Assembly (NCBI GenBank): GCA_965232515.1
Contig: CBDDPY010000002.1
Coordinates: 3,488,001-3,552,000, forward strand
DNA from: Alphaproteobacteria bacterium
Lineage (GTDB): Bacteria; Pseudomonadota; Alphaproteobacteria; GCA-2731375
Reading direction: 5' to 3'
Length of the DNA stretch: 64,000 nucleotides
Shown: piece after piece, positions 49,433 through 59,886 of the stretch
Position numbering within the stretch: position 1 is the first letter of the stretch
Layout: the number at the start of each line of letters is the position of its first letter
The notes under the pieces: generated by a model
Databases searched by the model: none
The model's input: the letters and a program-made list of their open reading frames with translations, nothing else
What the model was told of the DNA's origin: nothing
Translations under genes and position numbers: made by a program

Positions 49433-51004
49433 ATGTACACAAGAATGATGGCGGCTGCGCTGGCGCTGGGACTTCTGGCGGGCGGCGCGCAGGCCGAAAG
49501 CTTCCGCTGGTCGTCGAAGGGCGACGCGGCGACGCTCGATCCGCACGGCCTGGCCGAGGGCCTGACGCTCGGCTTCCTGGGCAACGTCTATGAGGGCCTG
49601 CTGCGGCGGGGCAAGGATCTGGCGCTGGAACCGGCCCTGGCGACGAGCTGGGAATCGGCCGGCGCCGACGTCTGGCGCTTCAAGCTGCGCAGCGGGGTCA
49701 AGTTCCACGACGGACGGCCGTTCACCGCCGAGGATGTGAAGTTCTCGTTCGAGCGGGCCAGCGCCGAGGGCTCGGGCATCCGCTCGATGGTCGGCTCGAT
49801 CCGCGAGGTGAAGGTGGTCGACGATCTGACCGTGGATGTCGTCACCAACGGACCGGCGCCGATCCTGCCTGAAGAAATCTCGAACTGGCTGATCATGTCG
49901 GCGAGCTGGGCGGCGGAGAACAAGGCGACGGACGCCGCGAGCGTACGGCGCGACGTGCAGAACCACGCCACCACGAATGCCAACGGCACGGGCCCGTTCC
50001 GCATCACCTCGCGCGAGCAGGACGTGCGCACCGAGCTGGCGCCCAACGGCGCCTGGTGGGACACGCCCGAGCACAACCTGACCAAGGCCACGGTGTCGCC
50101 GATCATGGCGGATGCCACGCGCATCGCCTCGCTGCTGTCGAGCGAAAGCGACATGGTCTATCCGGTGCCCGTGCAGGATATGGACCGCATCGTCAAAACC
50201 GACGGCGTGAAGCTGCTGAGCGGACCGGAGCTGCGGACGATCTTCCTCGGCATGGATATCAGCCGCGACGAGCTGATCTATTCCAACATCAAGGGCAAGA
50301 ACCCGCTGAAGGACGTGCGCGTGCGCAAGGCGCTCTATCAGGCGATCGACGTCGGCGCCATCAACAAGAAACTGATGCGCGGCCAGGCGACGCCGACCGG
50401 CCTGATGATCGGCCCCGGGATCAACGGCTTCGATCCGGCGCTGAACGACCGCTACGCCTACGACCCGGCGGCCGCGAAGGACGGTCTCGCCGCGGCCGGT
50501 TACGGCGACGGCTTCGAGCTGGGCCTGGACTGCCCGAACAATCGCTATGTGAACGACGAGTCCATCTGCAAGGCCGTGGTCTCGATGCTGGCCAAGGTCG
50601 GCGTCAAGGTCCAGCTCAACGCCATGCCGAAGGCGCAGTACTTCAAGAAGCTGCGCGAGCTCGACACCAGCTTCTATCTGCTCGGATGGACCTCGGGCAC
50701 CTACGACGCCCACCATCCGTTGCGCTTCCTGATGTCGACGCCGAACAAGGAAAAGCGGCTGGGCTCGTGGAACTTCGGTGGCTACTCCGACGCCCGCACC
50801 GATGAGCTGGTGGCGGCCATCGGCCGCGAGCTGGATCCCGCGCGGCGGCAGGAAATGATCAACGAGGCCTTCACGATCCACAAGCAGGCCGTCGGCCATA
50901 TCCCGCTGCATCAGCAGTCGCTGGCCTGGGGCGTGAAGGAAAACGTCGACCTGGTGCAACGGGCCGACAACTTCTTCAACCTGCGCTGGGTGGTTGTGAA
51001 TTAG
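49433..51004 (+). CDS. ABC transporter substrate-binding protein, family 5 (DppA-like)
   Basis: Signal peptide; TLDPH, LEPALATSWE, FKLRSGVKFHDG, GTGPF. Confidence 0.92.
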   Translation: MYTRMMAAALALGLLAGGAQAESFRWSSKGDAATLDPHGLAEGLTLGFLGNVYEGLLRRGKDLALEPALATSWESAGADVWRFKLRSGVKFHDGRPFTAEDVKFSFERASAEGSGIRSMVGSIREVKVVDDLTVDVVTNGPAPILPEEISNWLIMSASWAAENKATDAASVRRDVQNHATTNANGTGPFRITSREQDVRTELAPNGAWWDTPEHNLTKATVSPIMADATRIASLLSSESDMVYPVPVQDMDRIVKTDGVKLLSGPELRTIFLGMDISRDELIYSNIKGKNPLKDVRVRKALYQAIDVGAINKKLMRGQATPTGLMIGPGINGFDPALNDRYAYDPAAAKDGLAAAGYGDGFELGLDCPNNRYVNDESICKAVVSMLAKVGVKVQLNAMPKAQYFKKLRELDTSFYLLGWTSGTYDAHHPLRFLMSTPNKEKRLGSWNFGGYSDARTDELVAAIGRELDPARRQEMINEAFTIHKQAVGHIPLHQQSLAWGVKENVDLVQRADNFFNLRWVVVN

Positions 51005-51188
51005 CTCGCAATGTCACCGCGCCGCAACCACCTAGGTTTAAGGGTGAACGCGGCGTCGAACGGATGTAGCGTATGTTAGCGACGGCTCACATGCGGGCCG
51101 GCGCTCTCAGGTATCGACATCAGCGTTTCCCCGGCCTGGCGCCGGGTATCGGGCATGAAATCGACAGCAGAATAGAGGGAGAGGACGT

Positions 51189-51851
51189 ATGACACTCCGT
51201 ATCGGCAGTGAAGCCCCCAACTTCAGCGCGGAGACCACGGAAGGCACGATCGACTTCCACAACTGGATCGGCGACGGCTGGGCCATCCTGTTCTCGCATC
51301 CCAAGGACTTCACGCCGGTCTGCACGACCGAGCTTGGCTACATGGCCGGGCTGAAGTCCGAGTTCGACAAGCGCAACTGCAAGATCCTCGGGCTCAGCGT
51401 CGACCCCGTCGACAACCACAAGGAATGGTCGAAGGACATCGAGGAGACACAGGGGCACGCCGTCAACTATCCGATGATCGGCGATCCCGAGCTGAAGGTG
51501 GCGAAGCTCTACGACATGCTGCCGGAAGGCGCCGGCGAGACGTCGGAAGGCCGCACCGCGGTCGACAACGCCACCGTACGCACGGTGTTCCTGATCGGCC
51601 CGGACAAGCAGATCAAGATGCAGCTCACTTATCCGATGAGCACCGGCCGGAACTTCGACGAGGTGCTGCGCGTCCTGGATTCCTGCCAGCTGACGGCCAA
51701 GCACAAGGTGGCGACGCCGGTGAACTGGAAGCAGGGCGAGAACGTGATCATCGTGCCCGCCGTCTCCGACGAGGAGGCCAAGGAGAAGTTCCCGGGCGGC
51801 TGGGAAGCGCCGAAGCCGTATCTGCGCATCGTCCCGCAGCCGCGCGACTGA
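51189..51851 (+). CDS. 1-Cys peroxiredoxin (Prx6)
   Basis: FSHPKDFTPVCTTE, YPMSTGRNFDE, VATPVNW. Confidence 0.95.
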   Translation: MTLRIGSEAPNFSAETTEGTIDFHNWIGDGWAILFSHPKDFTPVCTTELGYMAGLKSEFDKRNCKILGLSVDPVDNHKEWSKDIEETQGHAVNYPMIGDPELKVAKLYDMLPEGAGETSEGRTAVDNATVRTVFLIGPDKQIKMQLTYPMSTGRNFDEVLRVLDSCQLTAKHKVATPVNWKQGENVIIVPAVSDEEAKEKFPGGWEAPKPYLRIVPQPRD

Positions 51852-51878
51852 TACGTCAGGTCGTTACCAACGACTGAT

Positions 51879-51992
51879 GGCGCATGCTTCGAGACGGCCC
51901 CTGCGGGGCCTCCTCAGCATGAGGCTGGAGCTGGATATCGGGTTCTGACCTCACCCTGAGGAGCGGCAACGCCGCGTCTCGAAGGGTGCGCC
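51879..51992. repeat. Second REP-like inverted doublet between convergent genes
   Basis: GGCGCA..CTTCGAGACG...CTCCTCAGCATGAGG ... CCTCACCCTGAGGAG...CGTCTCGAAG.GTGCGCC, each half with an internal hairpin. Confidence 0.8.
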
Positions 51993-51993
51993 T

Positions 51994-52596
51994 TTAGACC
52001 GCGTCGGGGCCGAGGAGCGCGATGCGCATCCGATCCTTGAGGTGCGCGCCGTCCTTCGGCGGCATGACAAAATCTTCCATCTCGGCCCGGATCTTGACGT
52101 TGTAGAAGACCGGGCCCGCGGCCTCGCGGATCACCGGGATCGCGGCTTCGAACTCGGCCTCGTCCGCCGCCCGGCCGACGACCGGGAATCCGGCGGCCGC
52201 GGCCATGCCGGCCAGATCCACATCGCCGGCGGTGTGCGTCGTCTGCATGCCGGTCTCGCCGTAACGCTCGTTGTCCTGCACGACGATCGCCAGGTTGGCC
52301 GGCCGTTGCGCCGCGATGGTGGCGAGCGAGCCCACGCCCATCAGCATGTCGCCGTCGCCAGTCAGCACCAACACGCGCCGTGTCGGTTGCGCCAGGGCCA
52401 GGCCGAGACCGATTGCCGCGGCGCCGCCCATGGCGCCCCAGAGCGGGAAGTTCAGCGGCGTGTCGCCGGCCGCCGTGATGTCCCAGGCCGGCGCGCCAAG
52501 GCCGCCGACCACCAACATGTCGCCACGGTCGGCCAGCAGGCGGGCGGCGACATCCCGGCGGCGCAGGGGATAGTTCTCGGCCCGGTTCCGATCCAT
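51994..52596 (-). CDS. ThDP-binding decarboxylase beta subunit (ComE/Ppd-like)
   Basis: WGAMG, LTGDGDMLM...QDNERYGETGMQ ThDP motif. Confidence 0.85.
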   Translation of the reverse strand: MDRNRAENYPLRRRDVAARLLADRGDMLVVGGLGAPAWDITAAGDTPLNFPLWGAMGGAAAIGLGLALAQPTRRVLVLTGDGDMLMGVGSLATIAAQRPANLAIVVQDNERYGETGMQTTHTAGDVDLAGMAAAAGFPVVGRAADEAEFEAAIPVIREAAGPVFYNVKIRAEMEDFVMPPKDGAHLKDRMRIALLGPDAV

Positions 52597-52609
52597 CGCG
52601 TTGCCCGCC

Positions 52610-53155
52610 CTATTTGCCGAAGCTCTTGGCGCCGATGACGCGCTGCGAGATCAGCACCGCGACGGCCGCCGGTCCCTCGAAGGCCATGCGGGCCGCGGCC
52701 GCGACCGTCTCGCCCATGCGCGCGGCGTCGTCGACGGGCATGGTGATGACGCCCGACAGTTCCAGGACCTCCGGCGTCGCCTGCCCCATCGGCACCTGCC
52801 AGGGATTGAACTCGCCCCACTGGCCGCGCATGGTCACCAGCATCAGCAGCGGAAAGCGGCAGGTCTTGGTGAAGGCCAGCATGTTGATGCAATTGCCGAC
52901 GCCGCTGCTCTGCATCAGCATGGCGCCGCGCTGACCGCCGAGCCAGGCACCGCCCAAGAGCGCCATGCCCTCCTCTTCGGTGGTCAGCGGCACCGTCGTG
53001 ATTTCGTTCGACGCGATGCAGCGGTCGATCAGACGGCTGTGCCCGGCATCAGGCACGTAGGCGACCTGCGCTACGTCGTAGTCGCGCAGCACGGCGAAGA
53101 TCTCGTCGGACCAGTTGTTGTCGGTGTTACGCAAAGGCCGGTTACTCCCCGCCAC
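52610..53155 (-). CDS. Sulfopyruvate/phosphonopyruvate decarboxylase alpha subunit-like
   Basis: YVPDAGH, TTEEEG, LMQSSGVGNCIN, TMRG, NPWQVPMG. Confidence 0.85.
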   Translation of the reverse strand: MAGSNRPLRNTDNNWSDEIFAVLRDYDVAQVAYVPDAGHSRLIDRCIASNEITTVPLTTEEEGMALLGGAWLGGQRGAMLMQSSGVGNCINMLAFTKTCRFPLLMLVTMRGQWGEFNPWQVPMGQATPEVLELSGVITMPVDDAARMGETVAAAARMAFEGPAAVAVLISQRVIGAKSFGK

Positions 53156-53481
53156 GCATTTTAAGACCGCCGGCCCGCACTGCCTAGTGCCGGATCAGGC
53201 GATCGCTGAGGGCGTCGGCTCGTACCTGCGTTAGCCACTGACGATAGCACGGTTCCGCAATGCGAGGTGTGCAAATGCTTTTCCCAACCACGAACCTGTC
53301 ATGACGGCACGGTTGCGGCGGCATTGATTGTGAGCGGCAACGTGGGAGGGGCGCCATTCCCTCATGCGGCAGGTGCCCTCGCGGGCACCCCGGCGGCAGG
53401 CGACTTTCCGACCGTCCACGCTACCTCGCGACAGGTAACATTGAGCACGTCGGTACTGTCAACGTTCATTCAGTCGAGCGA

Positions 53482-54966
53482 TCAGGTCAGGAGCAGCGCA
53501 TTTTCGGCAAGTTGCGACAGCGCCACCTCCAAGGCCGCCGGCAACTGATCGGGCGCGAGATCGATCAGGCCGGTCACCCGTCGCCGCTCCAGCATCGCCA
53601 GCAGCGCCGCCCGGTCCTGCGCGCCGTCGAGATGGCGCAGCACCTCGGCCGTCAGCGCGTCATCGATGGACACGCTGCGGTGGCGCTGGTTGGTCACCGC
53701 CTGGCCGTCGCGGATCTGCGTCCGTACCAGCGGGCTCGCCGTGGGCCGGTCGCCGGCCTCAGCGACGAACGCGGGTGCGCGGGTCGACAGGCCAACGAGG
53801 TTACGTCCGAACAGCTCTAGCAGCAGCGCGGCGACACCCTCGCCGTCGAGCATATCGGCGCAGGGCGCTGTGCCGAGGGGTTCATCGGCGAGCCGCAGCA
53901 GCGCCGCCTTATGCGTCGCCTCGGCGACGCCGATGCGCGCGCCCTCGGGGCTGCGGAACCGCAGCTCGGCCTCCGGCGGAATCACGGCCGGCCCGGGCAG
54001 CGGCCGCAACGTCGACTCGACCCAGAGATCGGTCAGCGCCGCCGCTTGCGGTTCGGCCGACGGCGCGGCGTCGGCGCGGCAGAGCAGCGTTTCGCGGAAC
54101 GACCGGTGCAGCCAGAAATCGATGTATTGCTCGCGGTCGACGCGGTCGCGGGCCGTCGCCAGGATCTGCCGCACCTCGTCGGGGAAGTTCAGGCTATAGG
54201 AGGCGCCGACATTGGCCTCGCTCAGATATTGCAGGCCGGCCGCGTCAGCGCGTGCAGCGAAGTCTCGGAAATAGACCGGGTGGTTCTCGGTCTCCATCAG
54301 GTCGTGCAGCAGGAACGCATCCGACAGGGCGTCGACGTTCTGCGTCTCGCGCTGCAGCAGGGCCGAGACCGCTGGATCACCGGCCTGATAGGTGCCGGTC
54401 AGCGCATGCAGGATGGCGCGGGCCTGTGTGGCCCTCGTGGCCGGATCGTCGAAGCGGCCGGCATGGTGCAGCATCAGGCCGCGGACCGACTCGCGCAGAT
54501 GCCAGCCGGGATAGGTGTTGAAGCTGACATAGGCGACGCCGCCGGGCCGCAGGCAATCCCGGCAGAGCCGCAGCAGCCCGTCCTGGACCTCCGGCGGCAC
54601 CCAGGAAAACACGCCGTGGGCGATGATGTAGTCGAAGTCGCCGGTGTCGCCCGGCGCCATGATATCGCCGGTCCGGAACGCAATGTTGCTTAGCCCCAGA
54701 TCGTCGACGGCGGCCTGCGCGTCGGCGATCTGGCGTGGCGAGATGTCGATGCCGAGGAATTCGCTGCCGGTCAGGTCGCAGGCCATGGGCAGCAGGTTGC
54801 CACCGCCGCTGCAGCCGACCTCCAGCACCCGGGCCTTGTCGATGGGCGCGGGCGTCAGGCCGTGGAGCCGGCCCAGCACGGCCAGCCGGTCGATATGCGA
54901 CATCGGGATCGGACGGCTGTCGTAAGGCGCGTCCTCGTAGCTCTGTTTCAGGATCTCGGTCGACAT
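53482..54966 (-). CDS. SAM-dependent methyltransferase with methyltransferase regulatory domain
   Basis: RVLEVGCSGGGN, FDYIIAHGVFSWV, YVSFNTYPGW, HPVYF, EQYIDF..RSFRETLLC. Confidence 0.88.
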   Translation of the reverse strand: MSTEILKQSYEDAPYDSRPIPMSHIDRLAVLGRLHGLTPAPIDKARVLEVGCSGGGNLLPMACDLTGSEFLGIDISPRQIADAQAAVDDLGLSNIAFRTGDIMAPGDTGDFDYIIAHGVFSWVPPEVQDGLLRLCRDCLRPGGVAYVSFNTYPGWHLRESVRGLMLHHAGRFDDPATRATQARAILHALTGTYQAGDPAVSALLQRETQNVDALSDAFLLHDLMETENHPVYFRDFAARADAAGLQYLSEANVGASYSLNFPDEVRQILATARDRVDREQYIDFWLHRSFRETLLCRADAAPSAEPQAAALTDLWVESTLRPLPGPAVIPPEAELRFRSPEGARIGVAEATHKAALLRLADEPLGTAPCADMLDGEGVAALLLELFGRNLVGLSTRAPAFVAEAGDRPTASPLVRTQIRDGQAVTNQRHRSVSIDDALTAEVLRHLDGAQDRAALLAMLERRRVTGLIDLAPDQLPAALEVALSQLAENALLLT

Positions 54967-55245
54967 GGGACGGTTCGCGGACGGCTGGACTGGACGCTTC
55001 GGCGGCGCCATGTTAGCGTAATTCGGCGTTCAAGGAGACGCGCCAATGGATATGGTCAAACACCCGCGCAAGTTCGTCTGCTGCCTCTGGTGACGCGTCG
55101 ATAGACGCCGCGCGCACGCGCGACATATCCGGATTTCCCAATCCAATTCTTCATAAGGCACTGTATTTCATCAGTGTTTTGATTATGTGAGCGATGCCGG
55201 CGCAAGGCTTTGCGCGGGCTCTCGTTCCAGCCAGAGGCACAGCAC

Positions 55246-57426
55246 ATGACCTATTCCTTCACCAGCCGGACGGGCGTCCGCATCGAGCGCCAGACCGAGT
55301 TGCTGGACTTCGAGACCGGCGTCGATTTTCTGGTCGATCAGCTCGATGGCCAGCGCGGCATCTTTCTCTCCTCCGGCGTCGAGGACCCCGACCGCTACTC
55401 GCGCCTGGACTTCGGCTTCGTCGATCCACCGCTGGAGTTGGTCTCGCGCGACCGACGGATGACGATCAACGCCCTCAACCCACGCGGCGAAACCCTGCTG
55501 CGCATCCTGACGCCCGCCTTCACCGGCGACACCGCGGTCGAGGTCATCGAGCAATCCGACCGCCGGCTGACCCTGGAAGTGCCACCGTCGACGACCGTGT
55601 TCCCGGAAGAAGAGCGCAGCCAGCAGCCGTCCGTGTTCACGCCGATCCGGTCCCTGCTGGCCGATTTCGAGGGCATCGAGGACGGGTTCCTCGGCCTCTA
55701 CGGCGCTTTCGGCTACGACCTGATCTTTCAGTTCGAGGCCATGGCGCTGACCCAGGACCGCAGCGGCGGCGCCAAGGACATGCATCTGTTCCTGCCGGAC
55801 CGGATCTATGCCCTGGATCGGGCGAAGGAGCTGGCCCGCGTCTTCCGCTTCGAGTTCGCCCGCGACGGCGACGACACCGCCGGCCTGTCGGAAGCCCCGT
55901 TCACGCCGGTCACGGCCAGCACCGCGGCAGTAACCGGCGGCGAGATCACCTCGGACCATACGGCCGACGCCTATATGGCGAACGTCGACGCGGCGCGGGA
56001 GCGGATGCATGCCGGCGATATCTTCGAGGTGGTGCTGTCGCGTAAGTTCTCCAGCCCGTTCAGCGGCGCGCCGTCGGCGCTCTACCACCTGATGCGGCGG
56101 GTCAATCCCAGCCCGTATGAGTTCTTCTGCCAGTTCGGCGACGAGCAGCTGATCGGCGCCTCGCCCGAAATGTTCGTGCGCATCGATGGCGACCGGGTCG
56201 AATCCTGCCCGATCTCGGGCACCATCCGGCGCGGTGAGAACGCCATGGAGGACGCCGACCGCATCAAGCAGCTCTACAACTCGGACAAGGACGAGGTCGA
56301 GCTGACCATGTGCACCGACGTCGACCGCAACGACAAGTCGCGGATCTGCGTGCCGGGCTCGGTGAAGCTGCTGACCCGCCGGTTCATCGAGCGCTATGCC
56401 GGCCTGTTCCACACCGTCGATCATGTCGAGGGCCGGCTGCGGCCGGGCTTCCGCGGCCTCGACGCGTTCCTGAGCCATATGTGGGCGGTGACGCTGACCG
56501 GCGCGCCGAAACGCATGGCGGTGCGCCTGGTCGAGCGGATGGAGACCTCGGCGCGCGGCTGGTACGGCGGCGGCATCGGCACCATGCTGCTGAACGGCGA
56601 TGTGAATACCGGCATCACCATCCGCACCGTGCACCTGCATGACGGCGTCGCCGACTACCGGGCCGGCTCGACGCTGGTCTACGATTCGATTCCGGCCGAC
56701 GAGGAAGCGGAGACACGCATCAAGGCGACGGCCTTCTTCAACGCCATGGCCAACGTCGGCAAGCCAGTCGCCAAGCCGGCCGCAACGACGCCGGCCGGCG
56801 GCTACGAGGGCGTCTCGATCGTCATGGTCGACAACGAAGACTCCTTCGTGCACACGCTGGCCGACTATTTCCGACAGACCGGCGCCGATGTCCGCACCTA
56901 CCGCGCCGGCACGCCGTTCGAGACCCTTGTCGGCGGCGACCCGGACCTGGTCGTGCATTCGCCAGGTCCCGGCCGGCCGGCCGATTTCGGCGTGCCCGAA
57001 CTGGTCCGGCGCCTGGCCGAGCATGGCGTGCCGCAGTTCGGCGTCTGCCTGGGCCTGCAGGGCATCGTCGAGGCCTTCGGCGGGGAACTGGCGGTGCTCG
57101 ACGTGCCGCGGCACGGCAAGACCTGGACGGTCGACCATGACGGCGACGGCATCTTCGACGGCCTGCCGAACCCCTGCACCGTCGGCGCTTATCACTCGTT
57201 GGTGGCGGTGCGCGATGCCCTGCCCGAAACATTAGAGGTGACGGCGACCAACGGCGACGGTCTGGTCATGGCGGTGCGGCACCGCAGCCTGCCGGTCCAG
57301 GCGGTGCAGTTCCACCCGGAGTCGATCCTCAGCATGCAGGCCGCGACCGGCCATCACATCGTCCGCAACGTCCTGCGTGAATTGATCGATCCGGCAAGGC
57401 GGGGGACAAGGTCGGCGGCGGAATAG
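55246..57426 (+). CDS. trpE: Anthranilate synthase, fused TrpE-TrpG
   Basis: GLYGAFGYDL, NPSPY, GASPEMF, PISGT, ELTMCTDVDRND, TGAPK; GATase part DNEDSF, SPGPG, GVCLG, QFHPES. Confidence 0.93.
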   Translation: MTYSFTSRTGVRIERQTELLDFETGVDFLVDQLDGQRGIFLSSGVEDPDRYSRLDFGFVDPPLELVSRDRRMTINALNPRGETLLRILTPAFTGDTAVEVIEQSDRRLTLEVPPSTTVFPEEERSQQPSVFTPIRSLLADFEGIEDGFLGLYGAFGYDLIFQFEAMALTQDRSGGAKDMHLFLPDRIYALDRAKELARVFRFEFARDGDDTAGLSEAPFTPVTASTAAVTGGEITSDHTADAYMANVDAARERMHAGDIFEVVLSRKFSSPFSGAPSALYHLMRRVNPSPYEFFCQFGDEQLIGASPEMFVRIDGDRVESCPISGTIRRGENAMEDADRIKQLYNSDKDEVELTMCTDVDRNDKSRICVPGSVKLLTRRFIERYAGLFHTVDHVEGRLRPGFRGLDAFLSHMWAVTLTGAPKRMAVRLVERMETSARGWYGGGIGTMLLNGDVNTGITIRTVHLHDGVADYRAGSTLVYDSIPADEEAETRIKATAFFNAMANVGKPVAKPAATTPAGGYEGVSIVMVDNEDSFVHTLADYFRQTGADVRTYRAGTPFETLVGGDPDLVVHSPGPGRPADFGVPELVRRLAEHGVPQFGVCLGLQGIVEAFGGELAVLDVPRHGKTWTVDHDGDGIFDGLPNPCTVGAYHSLVAVRDALPETLEVTATNGDGLVMAVRHRSLPVQAVQFHPESILSMQAATGHHIVRNVLRELIDPARRGTRSAAE

Positions 57427-57427
57427 C

Positions 57428-59194
57428 TCAGGCGGTCGGCAACGCCGGCCGCTCCCGCTCCAGCACTTCCATCGTATGCCGGTAGCCGGTCTCGATGGCG
57501 GCGTCGAACGTGCCCCAGTCGCGGATGCCGATGTCGTCCAGCGGCGGCTCGATCAGAAGGTCGACATGGGCACGGGAGTCGCGGGTCTGCGCCGAGCTGC
57601 TGACGGTGGCGGCGCGCATCAGCAGGCTGACGATGCCGGGCGCGTGCCCGCGCCGGAGGTTCATCAGGTTGCGCAGCATGCCGGTCTCGAAACTGTCGAT
57701 CTCGGCCGAGACCGACCAGTCGGCGGCGACGTCGACGCCGATGATGGTGCCGTGCATCATCTCGTTCATGACGTCGGCCGGCAGGGCGTTCATGACCGCG
57801 CCATCCACCAGCACCGTGCCGGCATCCACGACGGGCGGCAGCACGCCGGGGATGGCGATGCTGGCGCGCAGGGCCCGCCACAGCGGCCCGGTGCGATGCA
57901 CGCGCGCGCTGCCCGCCGTCAGGTCGGACGACAGGCAGAAATAGGGCAGCCAGAGATCCTCGATCAGCGTTTCGCCGAAATGCGTGCGCAGGCGCCGAGT
58001 CGCCTTGCCACCCTTGATCAGGGCCACCAGCGGCAGCGTGTAGTCGTTCAGCGGATCGCTGGCGACGAAGGCGGCATGCATGCGCGCGCGCAATTCGTCG
58101 TCGTCCCACTGGAAGGCGAGGCCGGCGGCGATGATCGCGCCCATGCTGGCGCCGCCGACGAAATCGAAGGTGACGCCATATTCGCGCAACGCCTTGACGA
58201 CGCCGATATGACCGAAACCGCGGGCGCCGCCGCCGGACAGCACCAGGCCGACGGCCTTGTTGCTCAACAGGCGGGCCAGTCGCGCAAGGTCGCCCCCATG
58301 GCCGCGGCGAAGCTGGCAGCGGCAGGTCGGACCGTAGCGGTCGAGCCAGGCCTGGCCCGCCCTGGGCATGCCCGTTTCCGATTCCTGCAGCAGCACCAGC
58401 TCGGCTGCCGGCAGGCCGGCCCGGTCAAGCAGCTCGGCCGCGGCCAATTCCGGCGGTGGCGCTTCGTCGGCGTCCGCCAGCAGCACGACGCGGTCGGCCT
58501 GGCGGAGGCAGAGGCGCGACCAGGCGGTCGCGTCGCAGTCGGCGCGATAGAGGATCAGGTCATGCGCCGACTCGATGGCATGAAACCAGTCCTCGGTATG
58601 CACGGCCGCGCTGGCGTCCAGAAGATGCACGCGTTGCCCGTCGGCCGACAAGGTCTCCGACAGCGACCGCGCGAGCTCGGCGATCGGCACCGACGGCGTC
58701 AGCGGCAGCAGCGCGATCGTGCCCGGCGCCGGCGGGTGGTCCTTGACCACCGTCAGGCGCTGCAGCCGTTCGACCAGTTGCCGCGCGATCGGCATCATTG
58801 CCGCCGGATGCTCGGCCATCAGCCGGTCGAAGCCCGGCTTGCCGAGACGCAGCAGTGAGGTATCGCGGAGCGCCCGAATGCTGGCGCTGCGCGGAGAGCC
58901 GGAAATCATCGCCATCTCGCCGACGGTCTCGCCGACGCCGAGCCGGGCGATGAGCCGGGAGCCGTCCGCGCCGTCGCTGACGAAGACGCCCAGGCTGCCC
59001 GACGTGACGATGTATAGGGCATTGGCCTCGGCGCCTTCCTCGAACAGCGTCCAGCCGCCCGGCAGGCTGAACCATTCGAGCTCGGCGCCGACCCGACGGA
59101 CCAGGCCGCCGTCCGCGCGGTCGAACAGAAACAGCTCCTGGAACAGGCGGTAGAGCCGCAAAACGGTGTTCGGATGGCTGTCTTCCTGGGTCAC
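57428..59194 (-). CDS. Patatin-like phospholipase with cNMP-binding domain (NTE family)
   Basis: cNMP motif GETVGEMA...PRSASIRA; GGGARG, GASMG, DGA. Confidence 0.92.
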   Translation of the reverse strand: MTQEDSHPNTVLRLYRLFQELFLFDRADGGLVRRVGAELEWFSLPGGWTLFEEGAEANALYIVTSGSLGVFVSDGADGSRLIARLGVGETVGEMAMISGSPRSASIRALRDTSLLRLGKPGFDRLMAEHPAAMMPIARQLVERLQRLTVVKDHPPAPGTIALLPLTPSVPIAELARSLSETLSADGQRVHLLDASAAVHTEDWFHAIESAHDLILYRADCDATAWSRLCLRQADRVVLLADADEAPPPELAAAELLDRAGLPAAELVLLQESETGMPRAGQAWLDRYGPTCRCQLRRGHGGDLARLARLLSNKAVGLVLSGGGARGFGHIGVVKALREYGVTFDFVGGASMGAIIAAGLAFQWDDDELRARMHAAFVASDPLNDYTLPLVALIKGGKATRRLRTHFGETLIEDLWLPYFCLSSDLTAGSARVHRTGPLWRALRASIAIPGVLPPVVDAGTVLVDGAVMNALPADVMNEMMHGTIIGVDVAADWSVSAEIDSFETGMLRNLMNLRRGHAPGIVSLLMRAATVSSSAQTRDSRAHVDLLIEPPLDDIGIRDWGTFDAAIETGYRHTMEVLERERPALPTA

Positions 59195-59273
59195 GTCCGG
59201 CGCCCGCCCCCGCGCGTTTTCGCCGATGATAGCGCGAAGCCGGGAGGCGACGCCAAGCGCGGGTTGGGCGGGG

Positions 59274-59723
59274 CTACGCGGCGAACAGGCCCATGGCGAC
59301 GGCGATGACGACGGCGTAGCGCACGCTCTTGCCGACCATCACCAGCGGCAGGAACAGCCAGAAGTTCACCCGCAGCACGCCGGCGACGACGGTCAATGGA
59401 TCACCGACCCATGGCAGCCAGGACAGCAGCAGCGACCAGAGGCCGTAGCGGTTGAACCAGTCGGTGGCGCGGTCGAGCTGCTTCCGTTTCAGCGGAAACC
59501 AGCGGCGGTCCCGGAAATGCACGAGATACCGGCCCAGACCCCAGTTGATCGTCGCACCGGCGGTGTTTCCGGCCGTGGCGACGATCAGAACCAGGGCCGG
59601 ATCGAACGCGTCCGAGGCCGACATCGCCGCGGTCGCCAGCTCCGAATAGAACGGCAGCAGCGTCGCGGCCAAGAACGCGCTGGCAAACAAGCCGGCATAG
59701 CCGGCGACGAAGAGATCCATCAC
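59274..59723 (-). CDS. YqaA/DedA (VTT domain) membrane protein
   Basis: SAFLAATLLP.SE, GNTAG, LLSWLPWVGDPLTVVAG, GKSVRY. Confidence 0.88.
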   Translation of the reverse strand: MMDLFVAGYAGLFASAFLAATLLPFYSELATAAMSASDAFDPALVLIVATAGNTAGATINWGLGRYLVHFRDRRWFPLKRKQLDRATDWFNRYGLWSLLLSWLPWVGDPLTVVAGVLRVNFWLFLPLVMVGKSVRYAVVIAVAMGLFAA

Positions 59724-59886
59724 GAGGCGATCAATTCAAGCGTTGAAACGGCCGAAGGCCCATGCCGACCCCGATTGCCGAATGGCGCCGGATACTGCAC
59801 CGGGGGACGCGGCAACGGCCAGTGACCAAAATGGTCGCCTGATTTATGGTTCGGGCGATATGCATCAATCTGTTGTGGAGGGAATC

